A stretch of 64,000 bases of DNA. Source: a virus. Lineage: Duplodnaviria; Caudoviricetes. The notes beneath the pieces are model-generated. The model searched no databases. It worked only from the letters and a program-made list of their open reading frames with translations, and was not told the origin of the DNA. The stretch covers positions 1-64,000 of the IMG/VR virus record IMGVR_UViG_3300031949_000018. One strand, 5' to 3'. Every line of letters starts with the position of its first letter. The stretch's first letter is position 1. The position numbers and the translations under genes are program-made. Positions 1-6,656 of the stretch are shown in pieces.

Positions 1-2
1 GA

Positions 3-275
3 AAGCGGTGGAGATTCGAGGATGAGGTTCCAGTCGGATCCAAGAAACCTGTCTACGTTCCCTTCTCTAAGAACGCTCGGGTAAGAAAAGGTATCGCGGC
101 CTACTTCAATCTAAAGAGCACCGGAGAGATATCCCCAGACGGATATCGCCTAAAGGGCTACAGACAGAGGAAGTGGAGGCGACCTTTCGTCATCATGGAC
201 TCGAAGGGAAAGTTCAAGTTCTCAAGCGAGAACGGGATCAGGAACCACTGGAAGAAGCCTGACACAAAACAATAA
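3..275 (+). CDS. 5'-truncated hypothetical protein (basic C-terminus)
   Basis: Open frame from the window edge (KRWRFEDEVPVGSKKPVYVPF...HWKKPDTKQ) to TAA 273-275, followed by a terminator. Confidence 0.5.
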   Translation, partial: KRWRFEDEVPVGSKKPVYVPFSKNARVRKGIAAYFNLKSTGEISPDGYRLKGYRQRKWRRPFVIMDSKGKFKFSSENGIRNHWKKPDTKQ

Positions 276-289
276 TATAAAAATCCTCA

Positions 290-316
290 GGGGAGGCTAC
301 TACGCCTCCCCTTTTT
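290..316 (+). terminator. Rho-independent terminator between convergent genes
   Basis: GGGGAGGC-TACTAC-GCCTCCCC followed by TTTTT. Confidence 0.75.
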
Positions 317-821
317 ATATTTGATTGGGCGGCCACCCTAGCAACTTCACCAGCTTCATATGATCGCACCGATCGACGGCGTCGAATAGCTTCCCTCCTG
401 CGCCGAGTAGCTCATCCGCGTATTTGATGATGAGCGGATTCGGACATGCCTGAGGCCTCTGCTCCAACAACCTGGTTATGCACTCGTCGATCTTGTCGAT
501 CCCCTCCCTCTGGATCATGATGGCCAAGGTCGCGGCGGTCGATCGACTGATGCCGGCGAAGCAGTGCACGAGGACGTTAGCGTCCTCCGGGAGTCTCTCC
601 CCCCAGGCCAGGATCATCCTGACGTGGTCCATGGTCGGCGCCGACGGATCATTGGAGTCCACCGTGTCGGGGAAGTTCAACATCATGCAGTTGGCTTTGT
701 TGGTGCGAAGCGGGTGTAGGAACGGGTGATCACCGTGGTCGAGGAGACTGAGCACGTGCGTGATGCCGTGCCGTGACTGCATCTTCGGCACCTTCGTCTT
801 GTCGCATACCCAGATCTTCAT
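315..821 (-). CDS. Cys-based protein tyrosine/dual-specificity phosphatase
   Basis: VHCFAGISRS = HCxxGxxRS P-loop. Confidence 0.85.
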   Translation of the reverse strand: MKIWVCDKTKVPKMQSRHGITHVLSLLDHGDHPFLHPLRTNKANCMMLNFPDTVDSNDPSAPTMDHVRMILAWGERLPEDANVLVHCFAGISRSTAATLAIMIQREGIDKIDECITRLLEQRPQACPNPLIIKYADELLGAGGKLFDAVDRCDHMKLVKLLGWPPNQI

Positions 822-832
822 ATTACATTCCC

Positions 833-859
833 AAAAAAATGGTGGGCACCGAGCCCACC
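833..859 (-). terminator. Terminator downstream of tRNA cluster 1
   Basis: GGTGGGC-TCGGT-GCCCACC followed by a T7 run on the minus strand. Confidence 0.7.
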
Positions 860-957
860 TGAATTTCCTGCCCTGGCCCCGCCGATGAGGGTTGTTCCAA
901 GGCGCTCTGTTATTTCAATCGGCTCGAACTAATGACTAGCGAATTCATCGTCCGTGT

Positions 958-1041
958 TGGTGGGAGGCGGAGGTTACGATCCACTCGCCTAAGGCACAGG
1001 TTTTACAGACCCGATCCAAGAACCACCTGGTTTCGCCTCCC
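958..1041 (-). tRNA. tRNA-Tyr(GTA)
   Basis: Cloverleaf with long variable arm, loop CT-GTA-AA, encoded CCA. Confidence 0.85.
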
Positions 1042-1046
1042 GTTGT

Positions 1047-1122
1047 TGGTTGCGTGGGAGGGACTTGCACCCCCGACCTTCGGGGTATGAGCCCGACGAG
1101 CTGCTTCTGCTCCACCGCCGCG
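1047..1122 (-). tRNA. Initiator-type tRNA-Met(CAT)
   Basis: C1:A72 mismatch, GGG/CCC anticodon stem, CAT anticodon, CCA; acceptor stem irregular. Confidence 0.8.
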
Positions 1123-1130
1123 TTAAACTC

Positions 1131-1208
1131 TGGTGGCAAGTGTCAGATTCGAACCGACGTCATCCCGCTTATGAGACGGGCGCTGGAACCACTCCAGCTC
1201 AACTTGCC
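1131..1208 (-). tRNA. tRNA(CAT), elongator Met or Ile2
   Basis: Cloverleaf, loop CT-CAT-AA, GGTTCGAATC T-loop, CCA. Confidence 0.85.
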
Positions 1209-1215
1209 ATACTTT

Positions 1216-1434
1216 CTATATATACGGTTCGGGATATCGTGTCAACCGTTCCAACGTGCCTTCGGAAAAATATAGCGGGTTGCGCAGTAGTGATCCCGGA
1301 GAAACCCTATCGTCGAGATAGATCCATCCCATCTTGAGCAGATATTCCCATTCCCCATCGGTGATGTTTTCTCTGTAGATCTTATTGCTGAGTATATCTA
1401 TGACGCGCGATTCACTTATCATCAAGGCCTCCAA
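1216..1434 (-). CDS. Small wHTH-like family protein
   Basis: EWEYLLKMGW...FSEG motif shared with neighbours. Confidence 0.6.
   Translation of the reverse strand: MEALMISESRVIDILSNKIYRENITDGEWEYLLKMGWIYLDDRVSPGSLLRNPLYFSEGTLERLTRYPEPYI
1217..1245 (-). promoter_or_regulatory. Sigma70-type promoter for tRNA cluster 1
   Basis: TTGACA-N17-TATATA. Confidence 0.6.
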
Positions 1435-1652
1435 CCGTACTTGGCCCGACGATACTTCTTCTTGAGGTACTTCATCTGTGCCACACCTTCCTCGGTCATA
1501 GAAAACGGATAGTTACCGGCCAGGTGAAGTTCGCCAGGTTTATAGAACCTGTAGCAGAGCCATCCCTCATTCAGGAAGTACTTCCACTCGTCGAAGGTGA
1601 TGACGTCGGTGCCCTTAAACGAGAAGACTAGCAGCTGCTCGACCTCAGTCAA
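1422..1652 (-). CDS. Small wHTH-like family protein
   Basis: EWKYFLNEGW...SMTEEG. Confidence 0.65.
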   Translation of the reverse strand: MTEVEQLLVFSFKGTDVITFDEWKYFLNEGWLCYRFYKPGELHLAGNYPFSMTEEGVAQMKYLKKKYRRAKYGWRP

Positions 1653-1854
1653 CGGCGAGGGCTCCCTTCAACTCGTTTATTTTTTTCTTGCCGGTCACGC
1701 TTATCTTGAAGCTGTCAGCGGCCCTGAATCTCAGCCCCGGCTGCTGCCAAATATACGAGACGAACTCCTCCTGGAGAATGTATTCGAACTCCTCCTTGGT
1801 TATCTTATAGCGATCTCTGTTAGTCAAGAGATGCAGTAAGTGTTCATCGCGCAT
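1645..1854 (-). CDS. Small wHTH-like family protein (start refined to ATG 1854)
   Basis: EEFEYILQEEF...ISVTGKKKINEL; TGATG coupling to the upstream gene. Confidence 0.6.
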   Translation of the reverse strand: MRDEHLLHLLTNRDRYKITKEEFEYILQEEFVSYIWQQPGLRFRAADSFKISVTGKKKINELKGALAVD

Positions 1855-2387
1855 CAGTCTTTCTTCTTCATGTACCCGACCATGTACTCTTTCGGAATGT
1901 TCTTGAAGCGGAGCTCGGTCTTGGCGTAGTGCTCGTGGTCGAATCCGCCGGCCTTCTTGTGCGCCTCGTACTTGGCCTTGTCGGTTAGGTTGCTCCTGAC
2001 GTCCTCGGTATTCCCACGGAGGTGCTTGCTCATGTTGTCGTCGACCCACTTCTTTGGCACCCTGTGGACTATCACCACCCGATGCTCATGGGGAACGTGC
2101 TGGGCCTTGTAGCCGGCCCTGCGGAAATTGGTCTCTCCTCCGTGCATGGACGCATAGGCGTGGGCCGTGTGGGGGTCGTGGGTCACTGAGATCCAGCTCT
2201 TCTCCGGCCCGTGATCAAAGGACTTGAGGCCCGCCTTGGCTATGTGATGGAGGTTGGAATGGTGGGTCCCGTGATAGAGGGTGACGTGGTCGTGGTCGCG
2301 CCACCATCCAATCTTAGGATCCTTGTCCCAGGGAAGTCGGGTCATCTCGCGGTCCTCCGCGAGAAATTGGGAGAAGCTCTTCATCAT
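1854..2387 (-). CDS. ADP-ribosyltransferase-fold protein with a capsid-targeting-like N-terminus
   Basis: TLYHGT..NL..I..AGL...S.T.D...A..YA; N-terminus MKSFSQFLAE resembles the T4 CTS MKTYQEFIAE. Confidence 0.7.
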   Translation of the reverse strand: MMKSFSQFLAEDREMTRLPWDKDPKIGWWRDHDHVTLYHGTHHSNLHHIAKAGLKSFDHGPEKSWISVTHDPHTAHAYASMHGGETNFRRAGYKAQHVPHEHRVVIVHRVPKKWVDDNMSKHLRGNTEDVRSNLTDKAKYEAHKKAGGFDHEHYAKTELRFKNIPKEYMVGYMKKKD

Positions 2388-2391
2388 CTAT

Positions 2392-2637
2392 TTATTTCCC
2401 AAGCAACTCTTTCCTTCTGTTTCTTCCTTCCTCGGTTATGACGAAGATCCTCCCCAAACTCCATGGGAAATAATTCATCCCCACAATGATTTCCATCGGG
2501 CTTGGGGCGGGAATCTCACACGTAAAGTAACCGGCGGCCACGGCGTCCTTCAACACGTCGCCGGCAATGTCCCACGTGACCCCGATATAGGCGAAGTTCA
2601 CGTTGATGAGTGTCCGCTCAGATAATGGATCTTGCAT
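2392..2637 (-). CDS. Small wHTH-like family protein
   Basis: DAVAAGYF...FVITEEGRNRRKEL. Confidence 0.6.
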   Translation of the reverse strand: MQDPLSERTLINVNFAYIGVTWDIAGDVLKDAVAAGYFTCEIPAPSPMEIIVGMNYFPWSLGRIFVITEEGRNRRKELLGK

Positions 2638-3028
2638 CCTTGGCCATCTTCTTTCTGGTCCTCTTTCCCGCCCTGACCCCCGGCAGCGTCTTATTTCCAA
2701 AGATGGTGAACGGACCCGGAACGTTGGGAATTTGTAGTCCCCTGCTACTGACGTTGGCGCTGGTATCCGCCCAAAAGGCACAGCCGGTCTGACTGAGTGG
2801 ATTTTTATTCAAGTTCAAGATGCGATAGAGTTCATTCCGGCGAGCAGTCCCTTCTGGAGTGATGAGAAATATCCACCGAGGCGAGTGCGCCGGGCAAATA
2901 TCATAGAAGGCCAGCAAACCGTCTCGCAGCAACGTAGCTACGATCTCACGATCATACGCGTACCCGCGCAGGATCTCTAGCTCGTCGCGGATCTCAGCAG
3001 TATCCAAAGAGTATGCAGTTGAGTTCAT
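2618..3028 (-). CDS. wHTH-like family protein with C-terminal extension
   Basis: TLLRDGLL...FLITPEGTARRNEL. Confidence 0.6.
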   Translation of the reverse strand: MNSTAYSLDTAEIRDELEILRGYAYDREIVATLLRDGLLAFYDICPAHSPRWIFLITPEGTARRNELYRILNLNKNPLSQTGCAFWADTSANVSSRGLQIPNVPGPFTIFGNKTLPGVRAGKRTRKKMAKDARSII

Positions 3029-3200
3029 CGATCCTCCGCCTCCCTTCAACGGTCCTTACCAAATGACGCATCGCGTGTGCAGTGGACGTTCATCTAGCAA
3101 CTCGTACCATCCGCTCTGGAGGCAGTGGCGAACGCGAGGCCCACAGCCACTCCCACAGGCAAAGTGAAAGGCGTCGGAGAGAAGGACTTGCCTCTCCTCT
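2994..3200 (-). pseudogene. Frameshifted member of the wHTH-like family
   Basis: HCLQSGWYELLDE in one frame and LVRTVEGRRRIDEL in the adjacent frame; no clear start. Confidence 0.4.
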
Positions 3201-3510
3201 AGAAGCTCATTTCTTTGAGCTGGTTCCACTTGACCCTCCGGAAATGTTTCCCCTTCTCGATCACGACCTCGTTCGGGTCGAGCGCCTCGCACTTGATGGT
3301 CCAGTCATCGCTGCCGAGGGAGTGGGCGATCTGCTGTTCCCTCTGGGTCAATGGGTTTAACTTGAACTTACGAGGCAGCGGGGAGACGTCCTTCATCTCA
3401 GGGACCGGCGCCGTATTACTGGCGTCGACCCTGATTGCCTTGCCATTCACGAATGCAAAAATCACGAGATCCTCCTCCACTCTTTGCCGGTGTTCAGGGT
3501 AACCGAGCAC
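3199..3510 (-). CDS. Hypothetical protein
   Basis: ORF coupled to neighbours. Confidence 0.55.
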   Translation of the reverse strand: MLGYPEHRQRVEEDLVIFAFVNGKAIRVDASNTAPVPEMKDVSPLPRKFKLNPLTQREQQIAHSLGSDDWTIKCEALDPNEVVIEKGKHFRRVKWNQLKEMSF

Positions 3511-3746
3511 CGATCACCCTCGATCTCGGCGACTATGAGATCCTCACCCAGGATGTGCTCCCAGGCATTCTTCGCGGACATCGCGGCCAACCTGGCCCGC
3601 GCGCGGGCGTTGGTGGCGGCCTCGATCCTGAGCTCCACCCCCACCTCGTAGTGAATGAGGGGAAAGACCTGGATGACGCCCGTCAGCTGGGCGCCAACGG
3701 CGGACGCCACCGCATAGGACTTTCCATAGAGAGACTCGGTCTTCAT
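3462..3746 (-). CDS. Hypothetical protein
   Basis: AGGAGG RBS and upstream promoter. Confidence 0.65.
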   Translation of the reverse strand: MKTESLYGKSYAVASAVGAQLTGVIQVFPLIHYEVGVELRIEAATNARARARLAAMSAKNAWEHILGEDLIVAEIEGDRCSVTLNTGKEWRRIS

Positions 3747-3785
3747 TAACTCCTCCTTAACTACACACTACTCTAGCAAGATTTC

Positions 3786-3814
3786 AATATACACCAGAAT
3801 CCATCAGATGTCAA
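3786..3814 (-). promoter_or_regulatory. Sigma70-type early promoter
   Basis: TTGACA-N17-TATATT. Confidence 0.7.
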
Positions 3815-4173
3815 ACGCTGGGAAATTCGATCTTAAAACGCCCTTCTTGGGTGATGGCGAGTAGGCGACTATATCTACCGATCCCATAGATCCACGTAGG
3901 ATTCTCGTCGATAAGAGTGGCCCATCCTTCTTCTAAGAAAGTTCTTATTCGTTCACGCTTATATGATGAAGAATAGAATATCCCACCGGCATATTTATCT
4001 ACCATCTCTACCATCTCTACCATCTCTACCATCTCTAAATCATACACCAAACCAAGGCTCGTGTCAAATATCCAGGTAGAGTGGGGCATAACCCTTGAAG
4101 TTAGTCTCTCCAGGATAGCCCCTGGGATGACACACCACGCGGGTCTCACCGACAACGTAGTTGCACGCATCAT
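3811..4173 (-). CDS. wHTH-like family protein with an internal EMV repeat
   Basis: RTFLEEGW...LAITQEGR; start uncertain. Confidence 0.55.
   Translation of the reverse strand: MMRATTLSVRPAWCVIPGAILERLTSRVMPHSTWIFDTSLGLVYDLEMVEMVEMVEMVDKYAGGIFYSSSYKRERIRTFLEEGWATLIDENPTWIYGIGRYSRLLAITQEGRFKIEFPSV
4001..4036. repeat. 9-bp tandem repeat x4 (ACCATCTCT)
   Basis: Four exact copies, in frame (EMV x4) in the 3811-4173 ORF. Confidence 0.9.
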
Positions 4174-4717
4174 GGGTGTGTCCGTGGATCCAGAGGCGAG
4201 GAGGCTTCTTCATGTCCATGATGAACCAATCGAGTTCGTTGTGGAAGCACTTGTTCATGACATGGTTCCCCCAGCGAGGATGACACCCCCGCATCGTCGG
4301 GGAGTGATGGGTCACCACGACGTCGGCATTTGATTCCTTGATGAACTGCAGGTCTGATCGATAGCAGGCGTCGTACGCCTCCCTCGTCAGTCCTCTTATT
4401 CTTCGCGAGTCGATTAATCCGTCGACGTAGAAAGTCCAGGCCTCGGCGTCGAGAGACGTCCACAGCGTCGCCGCGGCTATAACAAGATCTCCGATCTTCG
4501 TCAGCGTCTGACCGTCCCCGGGTCTCGGGAACTCAGATCCATAGTAGTCGTGATTGCCCATGACGTGTACGCCGGGGTAGATCTCTTGGGCGTAGTCACG
4601 CATTATCTTCTGGGGGTGGGTGTCACCGGCGTTGATGAAGATCTTCGCCTCGGGCTCGGCCCCAGTGAGCCACAGCTCAAACTCGAGGTGCAGGTCGCTG
4701 AAGATTCCGAACTTCAT
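4064..4717 (-). CDS. Calcineurin-like metallophosphoesterase
   Basis: SDLH, AGD, GNHD, THH, HGHTH motifs. Confidence 0.9.
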   Translation of the reverse strand: MKFGIFSDLHLEFELWLTGAEPEAKIFINAGDTHPQKIMRDYAQEIYPGVHVMGNHDYYGSEFPRPGDGQTLTKIGDLVIAAATLWTSLDAEAWTFYVDGLIDSRRIRGLTREAYDACYRSDLQFIKESNADVVVTHHSPTMRGCHPRWGNHVMNKCFHNELDWFIMDMKKPPRLWIHGHTHDACNYVVGETRVVCHPRGYPGETNFKGYAPLYLDI

Positions 4718-4735
4718 GGCATGATCCTAGTAAAG

Positions 4736-4814
4736 TGGTACGGACGAAGGGACTCGAACCCTCAGGACCTTAGTTCTGAGCCAAGGATGTCTACCGTGAT
4801 TGCATCACGTCCGT
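4736..4814 (-). tRNA. tRNA-Leu(CAG), short variable arm
   Basis: Leu-type D-arm (GGTAGAC), loop CT-CAG-AA, A73, CCA; variable region of 5 nt. Confidence 0.7.
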
Positions 4815-4815
4815 A

Positions 4816-4899
4816 TGGAGCAGAACCCCCGTTTTAACGGGCCGAGAGAGGAGTATGTACACTTACCTCTAACTGACAGAGACACCTGCCGTGTTCCGC
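4816..4899 (-). ncRNA. tRNA-like RNA with acceptor stem and CCA
   Basis: GCGGAAC/GTTCTGC stem, T-CCA end, three internal hairpins, no canonical T-loop or anticodon loop. Confidence 0.55.
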
Positions 4900-4906
4900 A
4901 TGGTAT

Positions 4907-4980
4907 TGGAGCGGGTAGCGGGAATCGAACCCGCATCTTTAGCTTGGAAGGCTATAACTCTACCATTGAGCTATACCCGC
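4907..4980 (-). tRNA. tRNA-Gly(TCC)
   Basis: Canonical cloverleaf, U73, CCA. Confidence 0.92.
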
Positions 4981-5034
4981 ATTCCCTAGGACCGGAATCC
5001 TAGGGGTGCTAGCGCCGTAGCGTTTCGCGTTGAA

Positions 5035-5113
5035 TGGTACGGACGATGGGACTCGAACCCACAGGACTCTGGCTCTCGACCAAAGATGTCTACCGTGATT
5101 GCATCACGTCCGT
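5035..5113 (-). tRNA. tRNA-Leu(GAG), short variable arm
   Basis: Near-identical body to 4736-4814; loop TC-GAG-AG (C33 non-canonical). Confidence 0.6.
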
Positions 5114-5122
5114 GTAGAAAAT

Positions 5123-5198
5123 TGGCTCCCGCACTAGGTTTCGAACCTAGCTAAACCGGTTAACAGCCGGTCACCCTCACCGAGATGGTTCTACGGGA
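5123..5198 (-). tRNA. tRNA-Asn(GTT)
   Basis: Cloverleaf, CT-GTT-AA, G73, CCA. Confidence 0.88.
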
Positions 5199-5201
5199 AT
5201 A

Positions 5202-5411
5202 CTACTTATTCTTCTTCCTCGTGCGATAGTTGGCGGCCATCTCCGCCATCGCCCGTGCCAGCACCTTTGCCGGCTTTAGTTTCCAACCTGACGGGCCGGA
5301 GCCGGACTTACCGGGTCCGCCGCGGCGCCTCCAGTACTCCTGCCCTTCCGTCCCCCATACGCTCTGAGGTGCGTACACCGGAGCCCTGGTCTTCATGACA
5401 ACCTCCAACAA
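5202..5411 (-). CDS. Small basic hypothetical protein
   Basis: ORF between tRNAs. Confidence 0.45.
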   Translation of the reverse strand: MLEVVMKTRAPVYAPQSVWGTEGQEYWRRRGGPGKSGSGPSGWKLKPAKVLARAMAEMAANYRTRKKNK

Positions 5412-5412
5412 A

Positions 5413-5504
5413 TGGTCCCGGCGCTCGGATTCGAACCGAGACCCAACACCAGTCCGGTGCGGAAGAGTCTATAAATCTCTGGGCCTACGCCTGTGGACGC
5501 CGGG
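5413..5504 (-). tRNA. Atypical class-II-like tRNA, anticodon TAT (Ile?)
   Basis: CCCGGCG/CGCCGGG acceptor, perfect T-arm, CCA, long variable hairpin, loop TT-TAT-AG with A31:A39 mismatch. Confidence 0.6.
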
Positions 5505-5533
5505 TCTTGCAAACTCGTAATCTATCTATACAG

Positions 5534-5809
5534 TTACGGGGCCGGCGTCAACCCTTCTCTTAATTTTTCTAGCCATCCTTTCTGCCTGAGCTCACGCGTC
5601 TTGATGGCACCTTTCTCAGTCGTTGGAAACTGGTGATTTATGGTCAGGACACCATTATCCCACTCTAGTAAGTCGATGACGTCGAAATACCCTTCGTCTA
5701 CGAATCTCGCCATGGCCACGTACCAGTCTGTGCCAGACTCGAGTTGGACGTCCTGAGGATATACCACCAGGACCTCGTCGATGGTGGTGTCCTTATTTAC
5801 CCTGAGCAT
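5534..5809 (-). CDS. wHTH-like family protein
   Basis: RFVDEGYF...FPTTEKGAIKTREL. Confidence 0.65.
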   Translation of the reverse strand: MLRVNKDTTIDEVLVVYPQDVQLESGTDWYVAMARFVDEGYFDVIDLLEWDNGVLTINHQFPTTEKGAIKTRELRQKGWLEKLREGLTPAP

Positions 5810-6170
5810 CTGTCTTCCCGAACTTATTGACCGCGCGCCTGACGATGATCCTGGCGTGCTCTGGAAGAATGAACGGTGCCCCGGCCGTCATCTTCTCCGG
5901 ATAGATGAGTATCGGCGTTATTTCTTTTTCCATCCAGTCCTCGAGGGATATTCCTTTTGCGGCCTGGTCAGGCAGGCGATACTGCCACTGCCACGACTCA
6001 CCCGAAAATTTGACGCCCTTGCGTTCGATCCACTCGAAACACCGCTTATCTTGGGTCTTCACGAGTCTGGGCCACCATGGCCAGAACGGGTGCCAGGCCG
6101 TGAGCACGGCGAGCCTCATGGCGGCCTTAGCACGGGCGTCTTCTGGAGTTATCCCTAGCCTCAGTCTCAT
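5793..6170 (-). CDS. Trp-rich hypothetical protein (paralog A)
   Basis: WHPFWPWWPR..FEWIER..WQYRLP. Confidence 0.75.
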   Translation of the reverse strand: MRLRLGITPEDARAKAAMRLAVLTAWHPFWPWWPRLVKTQDKRCFEWIERKGVKFSGESWQWQYRLPDQAAKGISLEDWMEKEITPILIYPEKMTAGAPFILPEHARIIVRRAVNKFGKTDAQGK

Positions 6171-6523
6171 CGTTTTCTCCCGTATAACTGCATCGCCTTG
6201 ATGACTATCCCCTTGGCTGTGTGTATCGATATGAATGGCTCTCCCCTGATCATGCTGTTTGGGTCCACAGGCCGATCGTCGTTTCTACTGAACTCATCGT
6301 CCATCCACTCGTAGAGGCTCTGGTCGTGTTTCTTCGGATGGGGAAGACGATATTGCCATGCCCTGTCTGAACCACGGAACTCACCGTGGTATCTTCTCTC
6401 GATCCACTCGAATGTCCTACTGTCGTTGGAACCCACCTTGCGCGGCCACCAAGGAAAGAATGGGTGCCACTGGGATTTTAGGAAGGCCTTCTCCTCTCTG
6501 GTCGGTCCGGTATCGATCCTCAT
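6167..6523 (-). CDS. Trp-rich hypothetical protein (paralog B)
   Basis: WHPFFPWWPR..FEWIER..WQYRLP. Confidence 0.75.
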   Translation of the reverse strand: MRIDTGPTREEKAFLKSQWHPFFPWWPRKVGSNDSRTFEWIERRYHGEFRGSDRAWQYRLPHPKKHDQSLYEWMDDEFSRNDDRPVDPNSMIRGEPFISIHTAKGIVIKAMQLYGRKR

Positions 6524-6656
6524 CTACATACTCCCTCTGTGAAAGAAATCCCTGCCCGACGTTGGGGGACGGGCAGGGAATAGGTGCACAGGTATCTTAG
6601 GTGGGACAGCAAAACCTGTGCACCCACCCAGGCGAATGGATACACCCGGGTTGTTC

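Noticed and set aside
945-1337. ORFs over tRNA clusters (945-1139, 1050-1337, 38013-38252, 38451-38714 and others)
   Set aside because: They overlap clear tRNA genes
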